This document shows, piece after piece, positions 9,598 through 22,300 of a stretch of 64,000 nucleotides of DNA (the stretch's first letter is position 1; each line of letters begins with the position of its first letter). A model generated the notes under the pieces. That model ran no database searches and was not told where the DNA came from. It saw nothing but the letters and a program-made list of their open reading frames with translations. The stretch spans positions 101,830-165,829 of the forward strand of contig JBAXSP010000001.1 of NCBI GenBank assembly GCA_037130655.1, read 5' to 3'. Position numbers and translations under genes: made by a program. This DNA comes from a bacterium. GTDB lineage: Bacteria > Patescibacteriota > Minisyncoccia > Phycocordibacterales > UBA9973.

Positions 9598-10302
9598 TTA
9601 TTTCTTCGTTGAAGTTGCACTTGTTGCCTCCGCGTCTTTTTTCATTTTAACAAGCGTTGGAATCAATTTTTCGATATCTGCAACAGATTTGAAGCCAGTC
9701 ACTTTTGTTTTGTCATTGATGACCAAAGTCGGAAGTTCTGTGTCTTTGATATCGTAAATACGGAGGAGTGCATTTGATGCAGAAAGATCGAGGTTGTAGT
9801 CGAATGAATACACGCGCAAATCTGGATATTTACTGCGGAGTTCGGTCAACACATATCCTTGTTTGGTACAAAGTGTACAGTTTTCAGCGGTGGTATAAAA
9901 ATAGAACACTGTTGGTGTACGTTTACCACAACGTTCTCCAATCTTTTTTGAAAGCAGGTAGTCTTTGATTTCAAGCAACGTATAGTACTTTTTCAATTCA
10001 ATAACTTCATCACTATATTTCAAATTTTGTTCACTGTAGGCAATCTTATCAGCAATTGAATTCAATTCGTCTGACAAATTTCCCTGTCCAATATCTTCAC
10101 AAGAAAGCTCTGAAAGCAATGAGTATTGCGTTTCTGAAGAGAGAATATCTGTCGCGATTTTATCTTGAACAGTGCGGATCGATTGCAGTTTTTTGTCAGT
10201 AAAAAACCCAGAAAGTGCCCCTGCAATGAGGAACAACAAGATAGTAATAACGAGCACGATGATGTATTTTTTCCAATCTACTTTGTTTTGCATAAAATTC
10301 AT
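9598..10302 (-). CDS. Membrane-anchored protein with thioredoxin-like C-terminal domain
   Basis: N-terminal TM, CTLC motif, ELPTLVIN cis-Pro segment. Confidence 0.7.
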   Translation of the reverse strand: MNFMQNKVDWKKYIIVLVITILLFLIAGALSGFFTDKKLQSIRTVQDKIATDILSSETQYSLLSELSCEDIGQGNLSDELNSIADKIAYSEQNLKYSDEVIELKKYYTLLEIKDYLLSKKIGERCGKRTPTVFYFYTTAENCTLCTKQGYVLTELRSKYPDLRVYSFDYNLDLSASNALLRIYDIKDTELPTLVINDKTKVTGFKSVADIEKLIPTLVKMKKDAEATSATSTKK

Positions 10303-10325
10303 TTTAACATTAATTCTGGTATTTT

Positions 10326-11585
10326 CTAACTGACATTACGCTCCCCTGTCCAACTTGATTCTCTAGACCAAATAGCGTTCCAAACTGACTTGAGAAGCCA
10401 CACCGGCGCCACCACAGAGTAAATGATGACAAAAAGGAAGATATCCCATGAGAGCTTCTTTCGTCCTGGAATCATCGAACGTCCATTGATCAGTGAGAAA
10501 ATGACGAGTGTGTACAAAAGAACTGAAATGAATACTGCCATCTTGGTACTGAAATAAAAGAAGTCGAAAGATACGGTACTAAATGAAAATGACAATCCAG
10601 TTGTATTGATTTGCACAGCTTTGTGTTCAATATATTTCGCCCATTGATAGAACGTGAAAGACAACATAATAATCGTTGCTGAAATCGAAATCATTCCAGA
10701 CGGAATTGTAAAGAGTCCGATGTTGCCATATTTTGAACGAAAGATTAATTCTTTGTAATCGATTGCATTCTTGATGAATCCATAAATCCATCGCACACGT
10801 TGGCGATATAATTTTGGAATTGTATTTGGACTGTTGGTGAAGACATACGCATCTGGTGCGTGTTCGATTTTGTAGCCATGCTTTTGCATACGAAGTGCAA
10901 TCTCTTGATCTTCGGTATTGTGAGCTTTGCGATACGGACCAAGGTTCTCGAACACTTCTTTTCGAAAGATTGAAAACGGACCAGGGGTCACGTGAATAGC
11001 TCCGTTGAATGCGAGCATTTTCTTCATATAGTGCCCCATATCATATTCCACTGCTTGAGCGTACTGTATGAGCGTTTTTGGGTCACGTACGACGATTGAT
11101 GGAGCGACTGCCATCGTATCTTTATCATCAAAATACGTCATAATTCGTTTCAATGCTTCTGGGTGCACTGATGAGTCAGCATCAAGACAACCGACAAAGT
11201 CAGTCGTCAAAGATGCGAGTGCATGATTGAGTGCAGTATGTTTGCCACCATTTTCTTTGGCAAAAAGTGTGATTTGTGGGTGACCGGCAAATTTACTTAC
11301 CACATCCCAAGTACCATCTTTTGAACCGTCATCAACAATACTGATTTTGAGTTTATCTGCTGGATATGAAAGCGAAAGAATTGAATTGATTGTACCCTCA
11401 ACGGTTTTTTCTTCGTTGTAACAAGGCACGACAATAGTCACACTAGGGTAAGTAGTAAGTTCAATATGTTCGGTGCGAATAAGAATATCTTTGCGACGTT
11501 CAAAAAAGGTCACCAAAAAGAAGACTTGGACGTAAACCGCCAAGAAAGCAATACAATAAAAAATGGTCGTTATGACCTGTTCCAT
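10326..11585 (-). CDS. Processive GT2 glycosyltransferase (IcaA/PgaC-like)
   Basis: PCYNEE, DDGS, LDADS, TED, QRVRW motifs; probable start ATG 11585. Confidence 0.92.
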   Translation of the reverse strand: MEQVITTIFYCIAFLAVYVQVFFLVTFFERRKDILIRTEHIELTTYPSVTIVVPCYNEEKTVEGTINSILSLSYPADKLKISIVDDGSKDGTWDVVSKFAGHPQITLFAKENGGKHTALNHALASLTTDFVGCLDADSSVHPEALKRIMTYFDDKDTMAVAPSIVVRDPKTLIQYAQAVEYDMGHYMKKMLAFNGAIHVTPGPFSIFRKEVFENLGPYRKAHNTEDQEIALRMQKHGYKIEHAPDAYVFTNSPNTIPKLYRQRVRWIYGFIKNAIDYKELIFRSKYGNIGLFTIPSGMISISATIIMLSFTFYQWAKYIEHKAVQINTTGLSFSFSTVSFDFFYFSTKMAVFISVLLYTLVIFSLINGRSMIPGRKKLSWDIFLFVIIYSVVAPVWLLKSVWNAIWSRESSWTGERNVS

Positions 11586-11678
11586 AGAGCTAAAATACCA
11601 TAAAAAGAGGTTATTTTCAATGCACACAACAGTACATATACACCTTGTTAAGAAATCAAATATGCTAAAATAGTCCAT

Positions 11679-12386
11679 ATGGAACAAAACAAAACACAAG
11701 ACAATTTGTCTAAAACTATCGTGCTCGTCGTACTTATTATTCTTGCGCTGGTTATTTATAAGTCACCCAAGCTTCCACCAAAAGTCACCAAGCCAGCTGA
11801 TACTCAAACACAAACAGCAAACACGGCAGACATTTTGAAATTGCGAAGTGATGACTATGCAAACGGAATCACTGCAAGTGCACAAGTTACTATTATCGAA
11901 TATTCTGATTTGGAATGTCCTTTCTGCCGACTCTTCCACGGAACATTGATGCAAGCAATGCAAAAATATCCAGGAAAAATCGTATGGGTATACAGAAATT
12001 ATCCAATTGAAAGTTTGCACAAAAAAACAAGATTTGAAACCAATGCACTAGAATGTATCGGCGGAATCGGAGGGAATACTGCTTACTGGAATGCGTTGAA
12101 TGAGATCATGGCAACAACAAAATCAAATGACGGACTTGATTTGAGCACTATTCCAACTATTGCAAAAAATGCTGGTGTGTCACAAACAGATTTCGAGCAA
12201 TGTATGACAAACAAAACCTATGACGCAAAAATAATGGCACAAGTAGCTGAAGTACAAGCGCTTGGTGTACAAGGTACTCCATTCTCTATCGTCATCAATA
12301 ATGCCACTGGCGAAACAACTCCAATAATGGGATATCAAAAGTTTGAGAAATTTGATGAGACGCTGCAAAAAATAATTAAGAATTAG
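11679..12386 (+). CDS. DsbA-family thiol-disulfide oxidoreductase
   Basis: EYSDLECPFC, GVQGTP; N-terminal TM. Confidence 0.92.
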   Translation: MEQNKTQDNLSKTIVLVVLIILALVIYKSPKLPPKVTKPADTQTQTANTADILKLRSDDYANGITASAQVTIIEYSDLECPFCRLFHGTLMQAMQKYPGKIVWVYRNYPIESLHKKTRFETNALECIGGIGGNTAYWNALNEIMATTKSNDGLDLSTIPTIAKNAGVSQTDFEQCMTNKTYDAKIMAQVAEVQALGVQGTPFSIVINNATGETTPIMGYQKFEKFDETLQKIIKN

Positions 12387-12450
12387 TAATTAATAATTAC
12401 GAATGAAAAACAAAAAGAGCGGAACCCGAAGGGTTCCGCTCTTTTTGTTT
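12381..12450. repeat. Heptamer array plus GAA-loop palindrome (bidirectional terminator-like)
   Basis: AATTAGT AATTAAT AATTACG then aaacaaaaagagcggaaccc-gaa-gggttccgctctttttgttt; palindrome nearly identical to 40741-40775. Confidence 0.8.
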
Positions 12451-12461
12451 ATTAAAATATA

Positions 12462-12646
12462 TTAGTCGAAGTATCAAAATTTAAGAACAAAATTTTGATA
12501 TTGTGACGTCACTCAGACGCTGTGAATGTATGAACATTCACACGCTCCCTCTTACAGAGGCTGTACACCTTTTGGATACTTTACTTCGCTATGCTCGTAA
12601 AGATATCACAAAAGCTTCTTCATCTTAATCCCATTAAGATGAAGCG
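12462..12646 (-). mobile_element. Structured insertion at rpoD 3' end with recoded duplicate of terminal codons (family F2, copy 1)
   Basis: TAC TTC GAC TAA (12473-12462) versus TAT TTT GAC TAA (12658-12647); about five hairpins; homologous to 54067-54175. Confidence 0.6.
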
Positions 12647-13969
12647 TTAGTCAAAATAGTTCCTCAATCTCATAATCTTTTCATTGTGTCGCAATTTGTC
12701 ATGCACCTTTGCTTCAATTTGACGGATACGTTCACGAGTGACAGCAAACTCTTTTCCAACTTCTTCGAGTGTGTGTTGTACACCATCGAGTAGCCCATAA
12801 CGCATTTCCAAAATCTTTTGTTCTTTTGGAGAAAGTTCTGCCAATACTTCACGAACTTGGTCTTGCAAGATTCTTCGAGAAGATTCTTGGTCAGGACGAA
12901 GGATCTTATCATCAGCGATGAATTCGCCGAATGTTGATTTGTCTTCATCGTCACCGATTGGTTGTTCGAGTGAACGAGTTTCTTGATTGATTTGTTCGAT
13001 TACGTGAATCTTTTCTACATCAAGATCCATTTCCATTGCGACTTCTTCAGCCAATGGTTCACGCCCCAAATCTTGTGTCAAACGACGAAGTACTTGTTTG
13101 TATTTTGAAATCGTTTCAACCATGTGCACCGGAATACGAATCGTTCGAGATTGGTCAGCCAATGCACGAGTGATTGATTGACGAATCCACCAGGTCGCAT
13201 AGGTTGAGAATTTGTAGCCTTTTGTCCAGTCGAATTTTTCAACGGCCTTGAAGAGACCGATGTTCCCTTCTTGAATCAAATCAAGCAGTGTTAGATCTGC
13301 ACTACGGTTTGAGTATTTCTTGGCGATAGACACCACGAGACGAAGGTTTGCACGAGCAAGCAACGTCTTGGCTTCAATGTCTCCTGCTTCGATGCGCTTC
13401 GCCAATTCTTTTTCTTCATTTGAATTGATCAATGGATATTGACCAATTTCCTTCAAATAAATTTGAATTGAATCATATGCAGAATCTTTGTATCTTCCGA
13501 CTTCTTTGAGCTCATTAACAGCTGCATCGATATCAAGCAAATTTCCACCTTCAAGAATATCAATACCTGCGACTTGCAACTTTTCATACAGTTCATCGAG
13601 GAACAATACATTTTGTTCAATCGTTGGAAATGTTTTCAAAATTTCGTCATAGGTAATGAATCCACGCTTCTTACCTTTTGCTACCATTTCATCTGCTTTT
13701 GCAACCAAATCTTCACCTTTTTTACCTGGCTTTGTAACAGCTTTGACAGCAGGTTTTGCAACTGGTTTTGATGAAACTTTCTTAGGAGCTACTTTTTTTG
13801 TAGGTAAAACTTTTTTCACAACAGTCTTTTTTGCTACAACTTTTTTGGTTGCTTTTGGAGCAACTTTTTTCTTTGTAACGACTTTTTTAGGAGCCACCTT
13901 TTTGGTCACCTGTTTGGTGTTTTTTGATGGAGCCTTCTTCGATTGTGTTTTTGTTTTTTTATTATTCAT
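12647..13969 (-). CDS. rpoD: RNA polymerase primary sigma factor with Lys-rich N-terminal tail
   Basis: [43 protein letters not shown]. Confidence 0.97.
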   Translation of the reverse strand: MNNKKTKTQSKKAPSKNTKQVTKKVAPKKVVTKKKVAPKATKKVVAKKTVVKKVLPTKKVAPKKVSSKPVAKPAVKAVTKPGKKGEDLVAKADEMVAKGKKRGFITYDEILKTFPTIEQNVLFLDELYEKLQVAGIDILEGGNLLDIDAAVNELKEVGRYKDSAYDSIQIYLKEIGQYPLINSNEEKELAKRIEAGDIEAKTLLARANLRLVVSIAKKYSNRSADLTLLDLIQEGNIGLFKAVEKFDWTKGYKFSTYATWWIRQSITRALADQSRTIRIPVHMVETISKYKQVLRRLTQDLGREPLAEEVAMEMDLDVEKIHVIEQINQETRSLEQPIGDDEDKSTFGEFIADDKILRPDQESSRRILQDQVREVLAELSPKEQKILEMRYGLLDGVQHTLEEVGKEFAVTRERIRQIEAKVHDKLRHNEKIMRLRNYFD

Positions 13970-13991
13970 AATTATTATGTATGTCCTTTTA

Positions 13992-15680
13992 CTATACCTC
14001 GTGACGCTTATTTTTCACAAGGTCAAGAGATTGAATAACTCGATTATATTCTCCTAATAAAGACTCATCACTACTGTTACTTTTTATTGCTTGTTTGAGC
14101 AGGATACTTTTTGCAACCAATCGTTCTTCGGCAATAAACAAGATTGATTCTTTTAATGCGTTTGGAAGAACGTTTTTGTTTGTACTAAATTCCGCTTCAC
14201 TAATCAACACTTCTTTTTCATTTTCAAATGTTGAAAGAAATTCTATTACATCACTATCCAAAAACGTTTTCATCAATTCGGCAACAGCATCTTTTTTGAC
14301 CATCTCCAATTCTTCGTTCCAAAAAAGATATCCTGCAAGTATCCGTTCTCGGTCAATTGATGACAACTTTTTTCGTTCATCAATCTTAGGAGCTGTCGGT
14401 GTACTTGGTACAACATATTCGTTGATAACTTGTACGATATCTGCATCAGACAAATCAACAGCACGGGCTAATATATTCGTATAGTGTGCCCGCTCCATCG
14501 CCCCTGGAATTGTTCTCACATACGGAACAATTTTGCTTGCAACATATTTTCGAAGCTCATGAATATCTTTGATTGATCCTTTTGCAAAATCAATCAACGC
14601 ATCAATCACTGGTCGACTCGCATCAATCAAAGAAACAAACGCTTCTTTGTCTGCGATGACCATATCAGCTGGATCTTTGCCATCTTTGAGAAAAACTACT
14701 TTTGTATCACATCCAAGTGAAAGTGATTTCATAATACTTTTTTCAGAAGCAGCCATTCCTGCTGTATCACCATCGAAACAAAAAACAATATTATCCGTGA
14801 AGCGTTTGAGTAGATTGATGTGATTGTCAGTCAATGCAGTTCCTGAAACACCAACGGTTTCTGTTAGCCCTGCTTGATGACACAAAATCACATCCATTTG
14901 TCCTTCGACTACCACTGCTCGTTTTTTCAAACGAATATTATTTTTGGCTTTGTCATACGCAAACAAGATGTCTGATTTATGGAACAACGCCGTTTCGGGA
15001 GAATTCACATACTTGGCCGGCGTGTTTCCGGTCGAAACACCAGAGACAACGAGGGCCGGAAGAATGCGTCCAGTAAATGCAACGACACGACCTTGTGTAT
15101 CTGCAATCGGAAACATAATTCTTCCACGAAAACGGTCATAAATTCCCTTTTCAGTTTTGATTGCGAGTCCTGACAAAACGAGTTGTGCATCGGTATAACC
15201 TTTGCCTCGCAAATAAGTTGTCAGTGCACGCCAATCATCTGGTGCATAACCAACAGAAAACTGTTTGATTGTTTCTTCTGTTAATCCTCGTTCTTTGAGA
15301 TACGTTGCAACATCAGTATTCAAATTGCCAACAAAGAAATTTGTCGCTTCTTCCAAAATACTAAATAAGTTTTTTGAATCGTCAGCACTTTTTTCTTTGT
15401 ATTCAATTTTGACACCGGCACGTTCTGCCAATAGTTTCAATGCGTCTTTGAAAGCAATACCTTCCATTTCTTCTACGAAAGAAAAGATATCTCCCCCTTT
15501 TCCGCAACCAAAACAATGGTACGTATTTCGGTCTGGTGACAAATAGAAAGACGGTGTCTTTTCGTTATGAAAAGGACATCGTGCTTTCAATCGATTGCCG
15601 GAATTCTCAACACTAATATAGCCTGAGACAACGTCGACAATTGAGAGTCGTTCTTTTATTTGCCGGACAGCGTCAGGCAT
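13992..15680 (-). CDS. dnaG: DNA primase
   Basis: [11 protein letters not shown] zinc finger, [21 protein letters not shown]. Confidence 0.97.
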   Translation of the reverse strand: MPDAVRQIKERLSIVDVVSGYISVENSGNRLKARCPFHNEKTPSFYLSPDRNTYHCFGCGKGGDIFSFVEEMEGIAFKDALKLLAERAGVKIEYKEKSADDSKNLFSILEEATNFFVGNLNTDVATYLKERGLTEETIKQFSVGYAPDDWRALTTYLRGKGYTDAQLVLSGLAIKTEKGIYDRFRGRIMFPIADTQGRVVAFTGRILPALVVSGVSTGNTPAKYVNSPETALFHKSDILFAYDKAKNNIRLKKRAVVVEGQMDVILCHQAGLTETVGVSGTALTDNHINLLKRFTDNIVFCFDGDTAGMAASEKSIMKSLSLGCDTKVVFLKDGKDPADMVIADKEAFVSLIDASRPVIDALIDFAKGSIKDIHELRKYVASKIVPYVRTIPGAMERAHYTNILARAVDLSDADIVQVINEYVVPSTPTAPKIDERKKLSSIDRERILAGYLFWNEELEMVKKDAVAELMKTFLDSDVIEFLSTFENEKEVLISEAEFSTNKNVLPNALKESILFIAEERLVAKSILLKQAIKSNSSDESLLGEYNRVIQSLDLVKNKRHEV

Positions 15681-15688
15681 AAGAGAAG

Positions 15689-18600
15689 CTATTCGTTTTC
15701 TTCTACTACCTTCACAGGAGTACTGTCTTTTTGACTAAAGCCAGTTCCTGCAGGTATCAAGCGACCTACGATCACGTTTTCTTTCAAACCACGAAGATCA
15801 TCATCAGAACCTTTGAGGGCACTGTTGATCAAAATACGGTTTGTGTTTTGGAAAGACGCAGCTGACAACCAACTCTTCGTCTTCAAAGCTGTTTCAGTGA
15901 TACCAAGAATCATTACTTCAGCAGTAGCTTCTTTGCCACCTTCTTTGACTGCACGATTGTTTTCTTCAAACAATTCTGCCATTTCAACAATATCTCCTGG
16001 TGACAATGCAGTATCTCCAGCATCAGTAACACGGCGACGTGAGAACATCAAACGAATAATAATTTCAGTGTGCTTACGAGAAATAGATGCGCCTTGCACT
16101 TCATACACTTTGTTGATTTCGTTCAAGATGTAGTCTTCAGCAACTTGTTTGCCTCCGTACTTGAAGATTTCTTCAATGTTTGCAGAACCGTCAGTCAATA
16201 CTTGTCCAGGTGCTACACGAGAACCACTTTTAACGATTGGTGTACGTGGGTACGAAACAACATATTCAACTTGATTACTCTTACCGTCATGTTTTGTATC
16301 AGAAAGAACAACGATTGTTTTTTCAGGACCAGTACCACGAACTTCCAATACTTCACCAGCTGTTCTTGAAACAATTGCTGGGTGACGAGGTGCGCGACGT
16401 TCGAAGATTTCTTCAACACGAGGCAAACCTGCGGTAATATCGAGACCCGCCAAACCTCCGGCGTGGAAAGTACGAAGTGTCAACTGTGTACCTGGTTCAC
16501 CGATCGCTTGTGCAGCCACAATACCAACAGCTTCTCCGAGATCAACAAGATGATTTCTTCCAAGATCAAGACCGTAACACATCTGACAGAGTCCGTATGT
16601 TGTCTTACAGTTGAGCGGTGTGCGAACCAATACTGATTCAACTCCAGCTGCTTCAATCTTGTTTGCATCAGCACGCATCAAGAGTGTTCCTTTTTTGTAC
16701 AATGTTGCACCAGTTGCATCTTTGACATCTTCCAAAGTTACGCGACCGATAAGTCCTTTTGAAAGTGGTACTTCTAGTCCAGAAATAACTTCTTTTGTTA
16801 CTTTCTTTCCTTCTTTTGTTCCACAATCATGTTCAGTCACCATCATATCTTGTGACACATCAACAAGACGACGTGTAAGGTATCCGGCTTTTGCAGTGTT
16901 CAAAGCTGTGTCAGAAAGACCTTTACGAGAACCGTGAGTTGTAATGAAGTATTCAATCGGAGAAAGACCTTCGATGAATGATGGGATAACAGGGAATTCA
17001 ATAGTTCGTCCTTGGTTGTTTTGGATCAAACCTTTCATACCTGCCATTTGAGTCAAGTTAGACATTGTTCCTCGAGCTCCTGAGTGAATCATATCGTAAT
17101 ATGAACCAGTTGGACTCACTGTTTGTGGAAGCAATTTTTCAACTTCTTTTTTCGCTTGTTCCCATACTTCAATCACCATTTGGTATTTTTCTTCTCCAGA
17201 CAAAAGACCTTCTTCAAATTGCGCATTGATTTCATCTTGTTTTTTACGTCCAGCAGCAATAACAGTTGCTTTTCCTTCTGGTACAAAGACACTGTCGATA
17301 GCCCAAGTTGTTCCTGATTTCATTGCGTATTTGAAACCGAAGTCCTTGATTTTATCAAGCACGACTGGAGTTTGTTCAAATCCATATGACACCACAATAC
17401 GATCAAGTACTGCAGGCAATTTCTTTGTACTCATTTCATCATTAACGAATGGGAAATCTTCTGGGAAGACTGAGTTGAACAACAATCGTCCAACAGATGT
17501 TTCAAATAGTTCACCATTGTATTGTGAGTATTTCGCATCTTTGTTTCCGCGAACTTTGATTTTTGCACGCATACCAACCATTCCATGGTCATACGCAAGC
17601 ATTGCTTCTTTTGGATTTCCAAAAACTTTTCCTTCACCTTTTTCACCTTCAACGTTCTTTGTCATCCAGTAAATACCCAAAATAATTTCAAGCATTTTTG
17701 CTGACGCAATCGGATCTCCGTTTTGTGGTTTCAACAAGTTTTTGTGAGCAGCCATCAATGTTGCAGCTTCATCTTGTGATTCTTTTGAAAGTGGTACGTA
17801 TACCGCCATTTGGTCACCGTCGAAGTCGGCGTTGAAGCCAGTACAAACGAGTGGGTGCAATTGAATAGCATTTCCTTCAATCAATTTTGGTTGGAAGGCT
17901 TGAATACCAAGTCGGTGCAATGTTGGCGCACGGTTCAAAAGAACGTATTTACCAGCAATCACTTCATCAAGAATCGCCCATACTTCAGGAACACGATCTT
18001 CGATCAATTTGTTTGCTCCACGAATGTTGTATGCCAATTCACCTGCAAGAATTTTTGCAATCACGAATGGTCGGAACAATTCAAGTGCCATATGTTTCGG
18101 CAATCCACATTGGTTGAGTTTCAATGTTGGACCAACAACGATAACAGAACGTCCTGAGTAGTCCACACGTTTTCCAAGCAAGTTTTGACGGAACAAACCT
18201 TGTTTTGACTTCAAGTTGTCAGCCAAAGATTTCAATGCACGCTTTTGACTTTGGTTCACCGCAGCACCTGCTGATGCTCCCATTGAGTTGTCGACAAGTG
18301 CGTCAACCGCTTCTTGCAAAATACGTTTTTCGTTACGCAAGATCACATCTGGCGCACCGATTTCTTTCAATTTCTTCAAACGATTGTTTCTGTTGATAAC
18401 ACGTCGGTACAGGTCGTTCAAATCAGAAGTTGCGTGACGTCCACCTTCAAGTGCAACCATTGGGCGCAATGCTGGTGGGATCACTGGCAACATTGTAAGG
18501 AACATCCATTCAGGACGAACTTGTGCAGAAATCATTCCACGAAGGAGTGACAAACGCTTTTGCAATTTTTCACGATCAACAGAGTTTGCTGTTTCAAGTG

Positions 18601-19309
18601 ATTTGATTACAGAATCACGAAGTTCAACCAAGTCGATTGTCTTGAACAAATTGTGAATCGCTTCAGCACCAATCGATGCTTCGAAACAAGTTCCATATTT
18701 CAATGAGTAACTGTGGTATTGCATTTCGTTCAACACTTTTCCAGGTACGAGTTCAACAATCTCTTTCTTTGATTGCATAAACAAATCTTTCAATTTGTCT
18801 TTTGTATCTTCATCGTTTGCAAGCTTGATTTTGTTCTTGTATTCATTTTCAAGCTCTTTGATCATTCGTTCTTTTTCTCCTGCATCAGCTTTGATGACGA
18901 TGTATCCAGCGAAGTACACAACCTTTTCAAGTTCATTGATTGGCACACCAAGGAGTGTTGCCATACGTGATGGCACACCTTTCAAGAACCAAATGTGTGC
19001 AACAGGGGATGCGAGTTCGATGTGACCCATACGTTCACGTCGAACAATAGCGCGAGTTACTTCAACACCACATTTTTCACACACGATACCAGCATAACGA
19101 ATACGCTTGTATTTTCCACAGTAACATTCGTAATCCTTTTCAGGACCAAAGATTTTTTCATCGAACAATCCTCCACGTTCTGAACGTCCAGTACGATAAT
19201 TGATTGTTTCTGGTTTGGTAACTTCACCGTATGACCATTCCAAAATGTTTTCTGGAGAAGCCAAGGTGATACCAATACTATTGAAGTCTGTTGTATCTAA
19301 TGTTTTCAT
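15689..19309 (-). CDS. rpoC: RNA polymerase beta' subunit
   Basis: [26 protein letters not shown]. Confidence 0.99.
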   Translation of the reverse strand: MKTLDTTDFNSIGITLASPENILEWSYGEVTKPETINYRTGRSERGGLFDEKIFGPEKDYECYCGKYKRIRYAGIVCEKCGVEVTRAIVRRERMGHIELASPVAHIWFLKGVPSRMATLLGVPINELEKVVYFAGYIVIKADAGEKERMIKELENEYKNKIKLANDEDTKDKLKDLFMQSKKEIVELVPGKVLNEMQYHSYSLKYGTCFEASIGAEAIHNLFKTIDLVELRDSVIKSLETANSVDREKLQKRLSLLRGMISAQVRPEWMFLTMLPVIPPALRPMVALEGGRHATSDLNDLYRRVINRNNRLKKLKEIGAPDVILRNEKRILQEAVDALVDNSMGASAGAAVNQSQKRALKSLADNLKSKQGLFRQNLLGKRVDYSGRSVIVVGPTLKLNQCGLPKHMALELFRPFVIAKILAGELAYNIRGANKLIEDRVPEVWAILDEVIAGKYVLLNRAPTLHRLGIQAFQPKLIEGNAIQLHPLVCTGFNADFDGDQMAVYVPLSKESQDEAATLMAAHKNLLKPQNGDPIASAKMLEIILGIYWMTKNVEGEKGEGKVFGNPKEAMLAYDHGMVGMRAKIKVRGNKDAKYSQYNGELFETSVGRLLFNSVFPEDFPFVNDEMSTKKLPAVLDRIVVSYGFEQTPVVLDKIKDFGFKYAMKSGTTWAIDSVFVPEGKATVIAAGRKKQDEINAQFEEGLLSGEEKYQMVIEVWEQAKKEVEKLLPQTVSPTGSYYDMIHSGARGTMSNLTQMAGMKGLIQNNQGRTIEFPVIPSFIEGLSPIEYFITTHGSRKGLSDTALNTAKAGYLTRRLVDVSQDMMVTEHDCGTKEGKKVTKEVISGLEVPLSKGLIGRVTLEDVKDATGATLYKKGTLLMRADANKIEAAGVESVLVRTPLNCKTTYGLCQMCYGLDLGRNHLVDLGEAVGIVAAQAIGEPGTQLTLRTFHAGGLAGLDITAGLPRVEEIFERRAPRHPAIVSRTAGEVLEVRGTGPEKTIVVLSDTKHDGKSNQVEYVVSYPRTPIVKSGSRVAPGQVLTDGSANIEEIFKYGGKQVAEDYILNEINKVYEVQGASISRKHTEIIIRLMFSRRRVTDAGDTALSPGDIVEMAELFEENNRAVKEGGKEATAEVMILGITETALKTKSWLSAASFQNTNRILINSALKGSDDDLRGLKENVIVGRLIPAGTGFSQKDSTPVKVVEENE

Positions 19310-19318
19310 ATAATAAGA

Positions 19319-22300
19319 TTATTTTTTCTTTTTAAGATTGATATGAAGTGCAAGACCTCGTAGGTAGTTCAACATCACACTAAACGATGCCGGAGCATTT
19401 GGTTGTGGTAATGGTTCACCTTTGATAATTGCATCATATGTTGCTGAACGACCCAAAATATCATCAGACTTCACTGTAATCATTTCGCGAAGGACGTGTG
19501 ATACACCGTACCCTTCCAAAGCCCAGACTTCCATTTCTCCAAAACGTTGTCCTCCACCTTGAGCTTTACCGCCGAGTGGTTGTTGTGTAATGAGAGAGTA
19601 GGGACCAATCGAACGCATATGGATCTTGTCTTCCACCATGTGGTGCAGCTTCAAGATGTACATATAGCCGACTGCGATTTCATTTTCAAATTGTTCACCA
19701 GTACGTCCATCAAAGAGTGGGATGCGTCCGTGTTCAGGAAGACCAACATTACCCAATTCTTTCATAATTTCTGGAGCAGTTGCACCTCCAAAGATTGGCA
19801 CTACCGCTTGGTAATTCCCTTCTTGTGCTGCCATTCCCAAGTGAAGTTCCAAGACTTGTCCCAAGTTCATACGAGATGGCACACCGAGCGGTGTAAGCAC
19901 CACGTCGACAGGAGTTCCGTCTGCCATATATGGCATATCTTCTTCTGGAAGAACGACTGAGATAACACCTTTGTTTCCGTGACGTCCTGCAAGTTTGTCA
20001 CCGACAGAAATGTTTCGAATTTGTGCAACAGTAATAATAATTTTTTTGATGATACCAGATTCAAGATTATGTCCTTGTTCTCGAGAGAAAATACGCACAC
20101 CGACAACACGTCCACGTGCACCTTTGTCCAAACGCATTGATGTATCTTTTACATCACGAGCTTTTTCGGCAAAGATAGATCGGAGCAAACGTTCTTCTGG
20201 AGTCAATTCTGTTTCGCCTTTTGGTGTAATTTTTCCAACCAAGATATCACCTTCGCGGAGTTCAGCACCAACACGAACGATTCCGTCTTCATCCAAGTCT
20301 TTCAATTTGACTTCACCGACGTTTGGAATATCACGAGTAGTTACTTCGGGGCCAAGCTTTGTGTCGCGAACAGTACAAACATACTCTTCGATGTGCACTG
20401 AAGTGAATTTACTATTTTTGATCAATCGTTCTGAGATGATAATCGCATCTTCGTAGTTTTGACCGTTCCATGGCATGAATGCAACGAAAGCGTTTTGACC
20501 GATTGCCATTTGTCCACCATCGGTTGATGAAGCGTCAGCAATGACCATTCCTTTCTTCAATTTTTGCCCCATAGACACGATTGGTCGTTGGTTGAATGCA
20601 TTGAATCCGTTTGTTTGTGAGAATGATTTCAATGTTTGTGTGTGTTTCTTGCCTTGTTTGTCTTCGATGATAACTTTTGCAGAATCAACGTGAACAACTT
20701 CACCATCAACTGCTGCGAGCACCATACGTCCACAGTCTTTTGCTGCGAGTTCTTCCATACCTGTTGAAACAAGTGGAGCTTCTGGGCGAATACATGGTAC
20801 CGCTTGGCGTTGCATGTTTGATCCCATGAGTGAACGGTTCGCGTCATCGTGATCGAGGAACGGAATCATAGAAGCCGCAATAGAGAATGGTTGGTTTGTT
20901 GCAACGTCTACGAAGTGTAGATCTGTTGGCTTTACCAAACCTGGAATTGTTTTGACACGAGCACCAACATATTCGTCAGTGATTACACCTTTATCATCGT
21001 AGTTCAATGCTGCATGAGCAATAGTGTATTCTTCTTCTTCAAGCGCGTTCAAATACACGATTTCACTCGTGATTTTTCCGTTCTTTACTTTTGCATATGG
21101 AGTTTCGATAATACCGAACTCATTGATCTTTGCGTATGTTGCAAGGTGAACAACGAGACCGATGTTTGGACCTTCAGGAGTTTGAATCGGACACACACGT
21201 CCATAGTGAGAAGTGTGCACGTCACGAACTTCAAGTGAAGCGCGTTCACGAGTAAGTCCTCCAGAACCGAGTGCTGAAAGACGGCGCAAGTGTTCTGTTT
21301 CTGCCAAGACGTTTTCTTGGTCCATGAATTGTGACAATTGGTTTGTGGTGAAAAATTCTTTGATACGAGCTTGGAGTGGGCGTTGGTTGATGATTTGCAT
21401 TGGCATTGCAGTTGCAACATCAATCGTAGACATACGGTCTTGTACGTTACGCTTGATTTGTGTCATACCGACACGAACCTTTGCTTGAATCATTTCTCCC
21501 ATAAACTTCACGCGACGCTTTCCAAGGTGATCGATATCATCAGGTTTTGCATTTGGTGTAATGTTCAATGTCAGTGTGTGGGACACGATCATTGCCAAAT
21601 CTTCCTTTGTCAAAAGTTTTTGTTCGAGTGCTTTTTTGTCAGTAGGTTTACCGAGTTGTTGGTTGAGACGAAAACGTCCAACTGGAGAGATGTCATATCG
21701 GTCAGCTCCGAAAAGTGAGTCGATATATCCTTTTGCGTTATCAGCAGTTGCAAGATCTCCATCACGCAAACGCTTGTAGATTTCTACATAAGAATCATTC
21801 AAATTCTTTGCAGTGTCTTTTTCAATAGAAAGTGCAATCAAAGCTTCGTGCTTTGTACCTGCAAATGCCTTCATAATAGCTTCATCAGTATGGTAACCCA
21901 TAACGCGAAGCAGTGAAGTGATAGGGAACTTGCGTTTTTTGTCGATACGAACAGCAAGTGTTCCGTCTTGTTCAGTTTCAATTTCCATCCATACTCCACG
22001 AGCAGGAATTACTTTTGCACCGAATACGCGTTTTCCTTTCAAGTCTTGGTCAATGAAGAACACACCAGCAGAACGAGCAAGTTGTGGCACGATAACACGT
22101 TCCACACCATTGATCACGAATGTTCCACGAGTAGTCATCATTGGCAAATCAGACAAGAAAATTTCTTGTTCTTTTGTAGAACCAGTGATTTTATTCAAAA
22201 GACGAAAACGAACTTTGATTGGCACTTCGTATGTCAACTTGTTGATACGTGCATGCTCTTCATCAAATTTCGGTTCACCGATAGTGAACGAAACAATTTC

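Noticed and set aside
12505-12545. CTGAGTGA as hammerhead ribozyme core
   Set aside because: Does not fit CUGANGA spacing and no GAAA partner is correctly placed
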